Source: a virus
Length of the DNA stretch: 42,212 nucleotides
Strand: one strand, 5' to 3'
Virus record (IMG/VR): IMGVR_UViG_3300029258_004576
A program made the translations under genes and the position numbers. Shown one piece after another: positions 17,005 to 26,008 of the stretch (positions are counted from its first letter, which is position 1; each line of letters begins with the position of its first letter). Under the pieces are notes generated by a model. It had not been told where the DNA came from. It ran no database searches and worked only from the letters and a program-made list of their open reading frames with translations.

Positions 17005-17614
17005 CCGTCTCCTTCTTAGGAAATTTCATCCCCAACCATCTACCCAAATAATCCGCTACTGACTTCGCGATAGGAATATCTGGAGACATCGTGACTCCTC
17101 TCGGCTCATACCTCATCCCAGTGAACTTCTCTGCAAAAACATCAACCGGAACACCGTGCTGCAAAGCGATAGAAATCGCCACCATCGAGACGTCATAAGC
17201 TTTCCAAATATCACCAGCTTTACCAACAGTTAAGAAAACTTCACCCGGCTTCCCATCGTCATATATCCCCACCGTGACATATCCCACAAAATCAGCAACC
17301 TTCTTCTCATACAGAATCCGACCTCCAACTTTCACCTCATCAAACGTCTCAAGCCCTCCCGGAATAACAAATTTGTGTGTGATTGATTTTCGATCATCAG
17401 GCAATTTAACCCGCGTCGGAACAGTAGACACAGATTCCTTTTCAGTCTCCAAAAAACCTGAAAAAACCAACTCAGCTTGCTCGACCTCTTCACTGTCCAA
17501 AAATCCTGAAAAAGCTAACTCAACTAATTCCAAATCTTCAACTTCAGCTTCCATGACAACCAATCCCTTGCGGCTAAAGTCTCCCAATGTAGGGCGGTAC
17601 ACTTCCGGGACCAT
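16955..17614 (-). CDS. Stand-alone TSCPD-domain protein (class II ribonucleotide reductase C-terminal part)
   Basis: R.KLPD.R.SITHKF, GYVTVG.Y.DG.PGEVF, SIALQHGVP, EPRG, SVADY..RWL. Confidence 0.85.
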   Translation of the reverse strand: MVPEVYRPTLGDFSRKGLVVMEAEVEDLELVELAFSGFLDSEEVEQAELVFSGFLETEKESVSTVPTRVKLPDDRKSITHKFVIPGGLETFDEVKVGGRILYEKKVADFVGYVTVGIYDDGKPGEVFLTVGKAGDIWKAYDVSMVAISIALQHGVPVDVFAEKFTGMRYEPRGVTMSPDIPIAKSVADYLGRWLGMKFPKKETDDGNGGNSEGVTDSAE

Positions 17615-18623
17615 AAAACTCCTTGATAGCAGAGCCTATGTTCAAAATACGCGGTGGATTTTTACCTTTGCTCGCCAAATACTGTTTACTCTTGAACCCC
17701 CAATCCGCATACCTACTCTTACATAATCGCCTCCAAATAATCTCCAAAAGATCCTCAGTCGTTTCATCCACGTAGCCATCTCCTGCCAACTCGTACCCAT
17801 CATTCGTCATGAGGACAACACCTTTTTTAGCCGCCTCCTCCATAGCCCTCTTGTACAAAAGATACGAACCCGCTGGCGAATTATGATTGAGATTGAAAAA
17901 AATTGCAGGAATAGGAGATCCCCAAGTCTCCGATGGAATGAGATGATTTATCGTTCCACCTACCGACTTTAAAGGCTTCCGGCGAACGTCCAACGCTTGC
18001 TTCAACTCAATCTTCGCATACTCCACCATCGCAGCCTGAACCAACGGCTCCTGAAACAAAGTAGCAAAAAGTGTGCAAAGCGAAAGGGCAAATTTCCTTT
18101 CGTCGTTGTACCCCAGTAAAGAACGACGTCCCATACAAGTATCAACTATAGTTTTCTGTTGGTGTGGCACACCAGGATGCATAGCCTTCCCCGACTCTAC
18201 CCTGACAAATTTTCCACCTTCGATCCGAAAACCAAACGACTCAAAAACCTGACCTCCGTCGTCAGTCATGAAAAAATCTTCAAACAAAGAAGTCTCCAGA
18301 TCTGACTCAAAATTAATATGCGGTACACTTTTGAAGAATTGCAACAACCTCTGTAAACGACCAGACTTAAACGTCCACTGGAAAGCCCCAGCAGTCACCC
18401 CTGTCTCGTCATACATCACAACCGTATCATGTCGACCTTCACACCTTGCTATCACGCCCAGAACCTGAGACCACACCCCCCAAGGTTTTGCAGGATTATA
18501 CACATGCAAAAACTTACCATTCTCCTTTTTACCCAAATATCTCGGACCACCCATGTCTCGATAACGAACCCATCTACTTCTTATATTACCCATTTTCCGA
18601 TCCTTCCTATCCGTCGTACTCAA
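17574..18623 (-). CDS. Putative lysozyme-fold peptidoglycan hydrolase
   Basis: CEG..DTV..YD..GVTAGAFQWT pattern resembles lysozyme-like hydrolases. Confidence 0.45.
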   Translation of the reverse strand: MSTTDRKDRKMGNIRSRWVRYRDMGGPRYLGKKENGKFLHVYNPAKPWGVWSQVLGVIARCEGRHDTVVMYDETGVTAGAFQWTFKSGRLQRLLQFFKSVPHINFESDLETSLFEDFFMTDDGGQVFESFGFRIEGGKFVRVESGKAMHPGVPHQQKTIVDTCMGRRSLLGYNDERKFALSLCTLFATLFQEPLVQAAMVEYAKIELKQALDVRRKPLKSVGGTINHLIPSETWGSPIPAIFFNLNHNSPAGSYLLYKRAMEEAAKKGVVLMTNDGYELAGDGYVDETTEDLLEIIWRRLCKSRYADWGFKSKQYLASKGKNPPRILNIGSAIKEFYGPGSVPPYIGRL

Positions 18624-19317
18624 TACCTGTCAATAACTCATAAACATCCTGATACGCATCCGAATGTTGCAAAATAGAATTCGCATCCATCGTCGAATCA
18701 ACGTTGTAAACCAATGCCTCCTCATCTTCTATCATAAGCCTCACAGCATCTTCGTAAGGCCACATGTAATAATAATTAGACCCAGTAAATGTCTCCGTAA
18801 GCCATTTTTTTGTATTAGCTGACAAGTGTCCATGTCTCCAAATGTTGATAGCTATGTTCATCGCATAGCCTCTCATCTCTATAGACGTCCTCCCAACCGC
18901 TGGCCACGGCAACAACGCAAGCAATGCAACCAACGACAACAGCCACCACATACCAAAAAAGAAAGACAAAATAGCCAACAATGAAAACATAGATAAAAAC
19001 TGAGGAAAAACATACAACAACTCAAAAACAATAGGCAACTTCTGCCTGTCCAAAATATGCACATACTCATGCGCCAAGATCTTAAACGCCCGCATATTAG
19101 ACTCACGTACAAATTCTCTCGATGGAAAATACACAGTACTGCCAAGCGTTGTCGTGTAATCCGTCATGTACCCTTTATTGAAAAAAGCGATCTTCCCAAT
19201 AAATTTTTGCCACTTACTCTCATCCTTGTACTTGATTTTGAACTTCGGAACTCGCTTCTTTATCACTGCCTGCAACGTGCCAAAAAGCTGATCATCCGTC
19301 ATATCCAAAGTCAGCAT
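18607..19317 (-). CDS. Membrane-associated zincin metalloprotease-like protein
   Basis: LAHEYVH, hydrophobic hairpin, then EMRGY as third ligand. Confidence 0.7.
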   Translation of the reverse strand: MLTLDMTDDQLFGTLQAVIKKRVPKFKIKYKDESKWQKFIGKIAFFNKGYMTDYTTTLGSTVYFPSREFVRESNMRAFKILAHEYVHILDRQKLPIVFELLYVFPQFLSMFSLLAILSFFFGMWWLLSLVALLALLPWPAVGRTSIEMRGYAMNIAINIWRHGHLSANTKKWLTETFTGSNYYYMWPYEDAVRLMIEDEEALVYNVDSTMDANSILQHSDAYQDVYELLTGIEYDG

Positions 19318-19610
19318 TGTTTCTTCCTCTTCTTTCTTGGTCTACCACCCCTAGTCCTGTCGACGCACCCCATCCTCTTTGTTAGGTTCAGGATATGGGA
19401 GAGACATTGTTCGCAAATCTGATCGTAATTTATGATCAACTCTTCCTCGTGTTTTAGAATCAACGGTCCCGTCGCTGTTGCGTGAACCATCGTCGCCGTT
19501 TTTCCGTTTACTTTTTTCGTTGTCATCAACAGTATACGACACCTGTCGCATCGTTCCTCTACTATTTGAACTTCCTCTGTTGCCATCCTTTCCTCCTGCC
19601 TTTCTGCCAA
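19311..19610 (-). CDS. Small zinc-finger protein
   Basis: CDRC...CEQC and a basic tail. Confidence 0.65.
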   Translation of the reverse strand: MAERQEERMATEEVQIVEERCDRCRILLMTTKKVNGKTATMVHATATGPLILKHEEELIINYDQICEQCLSHILNLTKRMGCVDRTRGGRPRKKRKKQC

Positions 19611-20181
19611 TCACTCCCCTACGCACCAACTCAGCCCGCCATGTACTTTTCCCGTAGAGTATTGACGTGTGATCCTTATGCTTTTTGATTCCCGGCCCAA
19701 ACCTATCCGGATGTTCATATCTGACAGCAATTCGACAAGTACTTTCCATCCGTTGTGACACCAACAATGTGCTCCACCATGCATCTATATTAGATCTGTA
19801 CTTCTCTTCCCTCTTACTATGCCTATGAATGCACAAAAAATACGTACAAAACAAAACGATAGACGGTCTCTCTATATCCAACTTTTTAAGAATTCTATAC
19901 CCATCCACAATACGTCTATCTACGAACTTCAACCCATCAATATTGGCTTTCTCCAACGGACGAACCATCTCCTCTGTCAACCGCTCTCGCACTTCTCCAT
20001 CTATCTCATACACCCTATGAACATCTCTCTTTTCCCGCTCTGCACCAACGATATAAACACTGCGCCGCTCCGCCCACGTCGCTATCGAACCAACCTCCTT
20101 ATCCAAACTTTCCTTCTGAAAATCAGATAGATCTTTATAGATCTCACCATATCTATCCCATATGTGTTTCGTAACAAGCAC
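19351..20181 (-). CDS. Hypothetical protein
   Basis: 276-aa ORF; the last ~87 codons overlap the next gene out of frame. Confidence 0.6.
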   Translation of the reverse strand: MLVTKHIWDRYGEIYKDLSDFQKESLDKEVGSIATWAERRSVYIVGAEREKRDVHRVYEIDGEVRERLTEEMVRPLEKANIDGLKFVDRRIVDGYRILKKLDIERPSIVLFCTYFLCIHRHSKREEKYRSNIDAWWSTLLVSQRMESTCRIAVRYEHPDRFGPGIKKHKDHTSILYGKSTWRAELVRRGVIGRKAGGKDGNRGSSNSRGTMRQVSYTVDDNEKSKRKNGDDGSRNSDGTVDSKTRGRVDHKLRSDLRTMSLPYPEPNKEDGVRRQD

Positions 20182-20194
20182 TCTATACTGCTTT

Positions 20195-20815
20195 CTATTT
20201 TACTTTGGCCTCAAAAGCCGATCTTGGAATCAAAATCCAATCCTCTTCCATATTCATAACATCAGGCACTTCGGTAAATCTCAAAAAAACCATCGCCCGC
20301 TTCCCCTGTAAACGAGCCTCCTCAGAAATCTTTGCCAACATATTAAGCGTCACCCGAAAAGACTTGCTCGCAGTTTGCTTCGCTTCCTGCTGCCACACCT
20401 TGCTAGAGGCATCCGACTTGAGCCCGGAGATGGCTCCAGAACCCACATGACGCTCTCCCCCTATCATACCAGCCCCTTCCTCCTCCTGCTCCGTCACGCG
20501 CCCCCTAGCCCTCTTCTCAACGCCTTGGGAAAAATCAAACTGTTTTCGCTCTCTTTTCCCCTTGTCTATCTGATCACAATCCCAGTTAACCGCATACCTA
20601 TCGCTCGACTCCGCACTTTCCATATCGGTAATCGTATAAGACTGTTTAAAAATTATAGGCAAATCAGTGTCTTCGATAAAAGTTACCCAGTCATGCGCCG
20701 AAACAAACCTTACCAAAAGCTGTCTCTGTACCCTGTCGTAAAACACACTCTCGACACCCTTGCCCACCTCTAATATTTGACGAATAAGCGAAGCAACTTT
20801 TTTGTATTTTTTCAC
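20195..20815 (-). CDS. Hjc-like PD-(D/E)XK resolvase/endonuclease with N-terminal extension
   Basis: QE...A..IGG....GSGA....KSD......EAKQT. Confidence 0.7.
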   Translation of the reverse strand: MKKYKKVASLIRQILEVGKGVESVFYDRVQRQLLVRFVSAHDWVTFIEDTDLPIIFKQSYTITDMESAESSDRYAVNWDCDQIDKGKRERKQFDFSQGVEKRARGRVTEQEEEGAGMIGGERHVGSGAISGLKSDASSKVWQQEAKQTASKSFRVTLNMLAKISEEARLQGKRAMVFLRFTEVPDVMNMEEDWILIPRSAFEAKVK

Positions 20816-22014
20816 CGATCAAGACCTAACCGTTCTGCAAGCATATTCCTTCTCAGCTCCTCATACTTCTCAGGATTCTCACCAAAAAATCGCATCAACT
20901 GAGAAACACCACGATACTTCACTCCTTCATATTCATATGTGACTTTTGTCGGACGAGCAACAAAACCCATGGTCTCAGCCTCAGCAATCACCTCCTCATG
21001 CTCCATCAAATCACCGATTTTAAACAAATCAGTGTCCATCATAGTCTGTAAAAATGTTCCCCTGCCCCCCGGTACACCCAGCTTGTTTTTCTTTACCACA
21101 TACCTAAACTCACCAAGCATCACCTCACCTGTATCCTTGTCCACCTTTATCTGACCTGGTCGCATTTCAACTTCCAAAGACGTGGCAAAACCCTGGCCCT
21201 TTCCTCCCGGAACGCAATCGGGACTGCCGAATAATACCCCTATTTTCTCTCGATACTGGTTAATCAACCACAATGAAATTGGACGACCACTTTGATGAGC
21301 TTCATTCATGCCAGAAACAATCTTACGAATGAACTTGTTGTTCATCCTTGCCGCTGCACCCTGTTGTATCACTTGCATCCCCTCATCTCGCTCTACAACC
21401 GGCACCAAAGCTGCCAACGAATCGATCACAATCACATCAACTTCTTTCACCGCAACAAACGCAGTAACAATATCGTACGCTTGCTCGCCAAAAGACGGAC
21501 GTAACACAATCGTTTTCTCTACTCTCACACCCATCTTCTTTGCCCATTCCGTCAACCAAACACCCTCGGCATCCACCCACAACACAACCATGTCTCTCGG
21601 TTTCCCACATGGACAACTGACAATCACATCTGTTGATATTTTCTTTACTTCACCCGTCTCTAAATTAGGCATCTCCAATTTGCCTGGTTTAAACTCTCCA
21701 GGTTGATAACAGTTTGCACAAAGCTTTTGCGCTTCTCCCACGGCCCGCAAATACATCGTTGTCTTGCCACCACTTTTAGGTCCATACAAAGAAACCACTC
21801 TGCCAAAAGGAAACCCCCCGTTTGTCTTTGCATCAAGTCCCCATACAGACGTCGTTACCCGTGGCACAACAAAACTATCATCATGAGACATTTGCATAAC
21901 CGGAGTTTTGTACTCCTTGTTCACGTTCGCCACAACAGACGATAGCTTTTCCGCCCTCGAACCCTTTATCCCGTGCGATAATAATTTCTTTTTCTGTTTC
22001 TTCTTGTCTGCCAT
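20812..22014 (-). CDS. recA: RecA-family recombinase with zinc-ribbon insert
   Basis: GGFPFGR, GPKSGGKTT, WVDAEG, VIDSLAAL, INQYREKIG, PGGKG, KKNK. Confidence 0.93.
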   Translation of the reverse strand: MADKKKQKKKLLSHGIKGSRAEKLSSVVANVNKEYKTPVMQMSHDDSFVVPRVTTSVWGLDAKTNGGFPFGRVVSLYGPKSGGKTTMYLRAVGEAQKLCANCYQPGEFKPGKLEMPNLETGEVKKISTDVIVSCPCGKPRDMVVLWVDAEGVWLTEWAKKMGVRVEKTIVLRPSFGEQAYDIVTAFVAVKEVDVIVIDSLAALVPVVERDEGMQVIQQGAAARMNNKFIRKIVSGMNEAHQSGRPISLWLINQYREKIGVLFGSPDCVPGGKGQGFATSLEVEMRPGQIKVDKDTGEVMLGEFRYVVKKNKLGVPGGRGTFLQTMMDTDLFKIGDLMEHEEVIAEAETMGFVARPTKVTYEYEGVKYRGVSQLMRFFGENPEKYEELRRNMLAERLGLDR

Positions 22015-22032
22015 CTCGTCGTCTCCTGTTTT

Positions 22033-22764
22033 CTATATACCAAAATCTTCCGACTCACCTGGAGATTCCAGCTTGAAATCAGACGACTCCTCAATTTCTG
22101 TTTCTACCTTTTCATCCCCCTTGCCATCACCTTCAACCTGCCCTATTACTGTATCTGACTTCTGAACCTCCTCATACTCCTCTTCCAGCTTTTCCGGCAC
22201 ACCATTACCCCGAATACCCTGCTCCTCTCGTCGAATCCGCTCTGTCACCCACTTGTCAGCAAACTCAAAAGCTTTCTCTATCTCCTCGGGATAGCAAGGT
22301 ACCGACAACATCACACCCAGCTGAAACCAATCGCTACGATGAGATATGGTTATCCTCTGACGAACACCTACCGTCGCCGTAGGACCTTTGAATTTTGTAA
22401 CAGAAATCTCTTCTTCTTTTTCAAATTCCCCACTCTCATGATTGCCTTTTATGACTTTATTCAAATTCGCAATCGTAGATCTAACCACCATGACATCAGA
22501 AGACTCTGGCTCTGTGGAATCAACAACCAACTCCTCACTCTCAAACTCCTTCCAAGCAGTTAAAAAAACAGAAGACACCATGGCCTTGTTTTTCTTCGCA
22601 TGATCTTTAATAAAAGAAAGCCATGCATTGATTTTATCCGCAAAAGGCTCAAAAGACTCTGTCTTCAAAAAAATTCTCTTACACCATCGACCAAACCATC
22701 CAACAGCATCATCTCTGTATTGCTGTTCACGTATCCACTTATAAAACTCCCTTTTTTCAACCAT
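22033..22764 (-). CDS. Hypothetical protein (YozE-like N-terminus, acidic tail)
   Basis: FYKWIREQQYRDDAVG resembles YozE SAM-like domain; start inferred at MVEK. Confidence 0.6.
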   Translation of the reverse strand: MVEKREFYKWIREQQYRDDAVGWFGRWCKRIFLKTESFEPFADKINAWLSFIKDHAKKNKAMVSSVFLTAWKEFESEELVVDSTEPESSDVMVVRSTIANLNKVIKGNHESGEFEKEEEISVTKFKGPTATVGVRQRITISHRSDWFQLGVMLSVPCYPEEIEKAFEFADKWVTERIRREEQGIRGNGVPEKLEEEYEEVQKSDTVIGQVEGDGKGDEKVETEIEESSDFKLESPGESEDFGI

Positions 22765-22786
22765 TTTCGATCCAATCCTTTCTGGA

Positions 22787-24139
22787 CTATTTGTCTTTGA
22801 ACATACCCTCTTTGATGTAGAACCTTTTTCTCGTGTTCCACGCCTGTGCAAACCTGGATACATGCTCATCAATGAAATCCGTTATTATCGGATTCTTCTT
22901 GCCCTCATATTCCCGCATAATACGGCCCACCGCCTGCTCCACATCGCCAACTGGAGTCGTAAGAAAAACAGTATCAAGAGCTGGAATATCCAAAGCCTCT
23001 TTCGTCATCTGATAAGTACAAAACAGTATGTCAGCTTTTTCCGCCTCATCCAAAGCCGATTGTTTCATCCCACCAACATAGAAATCAGACGTAATTTTCT
23101 CCATTTTCAAACCATCAAATTTCTCTTTCAAAATCTCCAAATGATTTCTTCTCTCACTCAACACCATAATCTTCCGTCCCGCCCCAATCGCCTTCAACGC
23201 CTCTGATATTATCAGATCATTTCTGACTGGGCTCTTGCAAATGTGCCTCAACTGAATCTCTCTACTCATTCTATCCAAATCAAAAGTTCTTGTTTTTGTT
23301 GGCTTGAATGAAGTGAAAATCCTTCTCAATCTAGGCACTACCCGCCTTGCCCTGGACCGATAAATAATATTCCCCAAATGCAAGAGGAACACATCCTCTG
23401 TTCCATCTTTTCGACGTGGGGTTGCTGACAAACCCAAACGATAACGTGCTCTAAAATTAGGAGCTATACTCACCCAGCTTGGAGCTGAAACACGATGGCA
23501 CTCATCACTTATCAACAAACCAAAGCTACTCCACATGTCATCAGGATATTCTGCCATACGCCTTGACAACGTCTGAAGCATCGCCACAGTTATGTCAAAA
23601 TCCTCCCCGTATTCACACTTGTCTTTTTGAATTATACCAATACAAGCATCTGGCATGAACTGCTCAATCCGCTTCACCCACTGATTTAATAAAAATTCTT
23701 TTTGTACCAACACCACAGCCGTAGTGTTGAATGCACTCCATACACCTAACGCCGCTACAGTTTTTCCCCATCCTGGAGCTGCCTGAATAATACCACCATA
23801 ACTGCCACTATCCCTGTCCTCGATAACCTTTGCCATTCCTCTCTTTTGATCTTCCTTCAACTCACCATTAAACTTTATATCCAGCTCCCGCCCGACTGAC
23901 GTCTGATCATCTATGTGATGTTTCCTTCCTGATAATGCCACCTGTTGAGTAAAGAAAGAGCGGGGCACACCTATGTGCCCCCTGCTCTCTCGATACAATT
24001 TTATTGGCTCAGGATCTACTTTTTGATGAACACTCGTGCGCCGTGGTTTGACGGTTAATTCTCGCTTTAACATTGAAAGCTTACTGGCTGGAAATTCGCT
24101 TAATGAAAACCACGCCCAATCCGCAATCTTGACATGCAT
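22787..24139 (-). CDS. Superfamily 2 helicase (UvsW/A18/ResIII-like)
   Basis: PGWGKT, DECH, SAT, EALDIP, QAVGRIMR. Confidence 0.92.
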   Translation of the reverse strand: MHVKIADWAWFSLSEFPASKLSMLKRELTVKPRRTSVHQKVDPEPIKLYRESRGHIGVPRSFFTQQVALSGRKHHIDDQTSVGRELDIKFNGELKEDQKRGMAKVIEDRDSGSYGGIIQAAPGWGKTVAALGVWSAFNTTAVVLVQKEFLLNQWVKRIEQFMPDACIGIIQKDKCEYGEDFDITVAMLQTLSRRMAEYPDDMWSSFGLLISDECHRVSAPSWVSIAPNFRARYRLGLSATPRRKDGTEDVFLLHLGNIIYRSRARRVVPRLRRIFTSFKPTKTRTFDLDRMSREIQLRHICKSPVRNDLIISEALKAIGAGRKIMVLSERRNHLEILKEKFDGLKMEKITSDFYVGGMKQSALDEAEKADILFCTYQMTKEALDIPALDTVFLTTPVGDVEQAVGRIMREYEGKKNPIITDFIDEHVSRFAQAWNTRKRFYIKEGMFKDK

Positions 24140-24174
24140 CCTTAATCTTCTTTCTCTTAGATCCTACACCACAA

Positions 24175-24870
24175 TCAATACAACTCGTCCTCGTCTCCAC
24201 CACCCTCGGTTCCTGTGTCATCCTCGCCCTTTTTGCCTCTTAGCACCACACCATCTAATACCATCCTCATTTCTTCAGACGAAAGAGGCTTCAGTACCTC
24301 CATGTAATCGAACGGCTCTGGCGGAAGTTTCTTGTTCTGAATTTTACTGTCAAACCAGAATTGTTCATCCTCAAACGGTTTGACGTAAGTTTCAAAATCC
24401 CACATGTCTCCAAGTTTCAATGCATCCTTTGATGTTCTCGTTAACTCAAAACGTGCACCAACCAAACTTGTCTTCTTTGCTTTGATGACATTGTATCGCT
24501 CTAAGCTCTTAAGCGTCATCGGAAACAATTGACGATTGTTTTTTATAATATCGCCTTTTTTGTTTTTCCATCCTGTGTTGTCCAAAATCGTCAAATACCC
24601 TGTATACGTCCTAGCTATTCCAGCCGCACACATAGGACACACTGGATCCGACGGATCAACCCCTTTTCGACAAGTGAAAAAATGCCAAAACTCACTACCA
24701 TTAATAACCGGATTATGCTCCCAGACCGAAAAAACTTCGTCATCCAAAAACACAACATGCTTCGACTCTTTTTCCTTTAGATAGAAACGTCGAGCAGACT
24801 TTGACTGACTCTCCTTCTTTGCACTGTCAATATCACCTTGATCGGGATTTCTCTTGTACCATTCAGCCAT
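24175..24870 (-). CDS. Phage gp32-like single-stranded DNA-binding protein
   Basis: VWEH...TC...CPMC zinc site, FELTR, acidic C-terminus GDEDELY; GAGGAGG RBS. Confidence 0.75.
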   Translation of the reverse strand: MAEWYKRNPDQGDIDSAKKESQSKSARRFYLKEKESKHVVFLDDEVFSVWEHNPVINGSEFWHFFTCRKGVDPSDPVCPMCAAGIARTYTGYLTILDNTGWKNKKGDIIKNNRQLFPMTLKSLERYNVIKAKKTSLVGARFELTRTSKDALKLGDMWDFETYVKPFEDEQFWFDSKIQNKKLPPEPFDYMEVLKPLSSEEMRMVLDGVVLRGKKGEDDTGTEGGGDEDELY

Positions 24871-24953
24871 GATTTCCTCCTCGTGCTACTCGCACTCATT
24901 TTGGACCCATTTAGGCCACTATGTTTATCCCTTTTTGCTGGGACGTTGAATCA

Positions 24954-24982
24954 AACCTAATCGATCACCCAGAAACCGTCAA
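24954..24982 (-). promoter_or_regulatory. Sigma70-type promoter for the gp32-like SSB
   Basis: TTGACG-N17-TAGGTT. Confidence 0.6.
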
Positions 24983-26002
24983 CCCAACAAAACAACACCT
25001 GCTGATTAAGTCAGCTATTTCGTCTTTGGTTGACTCTCCAGGATCTTTTCCATCACCCATCTTTGCGTCGAAAACAGGTATCCTGCCTCCGATTTTCCTT
25101 CCCAACTCCTCGGTCATCATTCTACCCGCCTTATCGCCATCCCCCATGACGATAAGCTTCTTCTTTCGTGGCACCAAAGTAATCAACTTTTCAATCTGAA
25201 CATCACTGGGCTTTGATCCGAGAATAGCCACAGCATTCCAGCCATACTGCCACAACATAAGAGTATCAAGCGCACCCTCAACCACTACCAAATCGTCACT
25301 ACACCTATCAGACTCACCGTGAGCCACCCTCCACGCCTTGTGCTCGCCGTACAGGACATAACTCTTCAATGGTGAAATGAAATCATCTTCCCTACTGTGA
25401 TCGATAAACGGCACCATCCGCTTATTTTTTCGGTCGAGCACATAATTGCTGTATTTCACATAAGACTTACCCGTGACATCTCTACCAATCACCAAGGCCA
25501 GCCTGCCCTCATAATCCCTAACTGGTATAATCGCCCTCTGATTCCACTTGTCGAGCCCCAGCTCCCACGCTCTCGCAGTTTCTAGTAATATACCTCGCCT
25601 CTTAAAATAACCCGACAGAACGCCTGTAAACGGCTCCAGATAGTCATCCTTGAACAAAACAGGTTTTCGCTTCTGCTTGTACAAATGGCGAAATTTACCA
25701 GCATTCGTAGACGGTACACTCAACCACGATCTATTCTGCACCCTTTTGGGCTTCCAATCCGGCACAAGATCAACATGGCCATTTCCCACGGCCAACCCCT
25801 CTAATGTACCAGACGCATGACACGCAAAACAGAAATACGGACTACCCCCTTCACTGTTTATAGCCGAAGAAAAAGATGGGCGACGATCCCCTCGTGAATG
25901 GCTTTCAGGAAAGGGACACGAACACATGATCTCACCACCGGAAACACGTATCCTACGACACCCTAGCCTCTCTAACAGCTCTCTGGCATCCGCCGAATTC
26001 AA
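24965..26002 (-). CDS. DNA primase (CHC2 zinc finger + TOPRIM)
   Basis: CPF..H...PSF...CFAC; VVEGALD, DGD.AG, KDPG. Confidence 0.92.
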   Translation of the reverse strand: MNSADARELLERLGCRRIRVSGGEIMCSCPFPESHSRGDRRPSFSSAINSEGGSPYFCFACHASGTLEGLAVGNGHVDLVPDWKPKRVQNRSWLSVPSTNAGKFRHLYKQKRKPVLFKDDYLEPFTGVLSGYFKRRGILLETARAWELGLDKWNQRAIIPVRDYEGRLALVIGRDVTGKSYVKYSNYVLDRKNKRMVPFIDHSREDDFISPLKSYVLYGEHKAWRVAHGESDRCSDDLVVVEGALDTLMLWQYGWNAVAILGSKPSDVQIEKLITLVPRKKKLIVMGDGDKAGRMMTEELGRKIGGRIPVFDAKMGDGKDPGESTKDEIADLISRCCFVGLTVSG

Positions 26003-26008
26003 CCAACC

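Noticed and set aside
20812-22014. Intein in RecA
   Set aside because: The insert is only ~45 aa and lacks a C-terminal HN-(C/S/T) splice motif.
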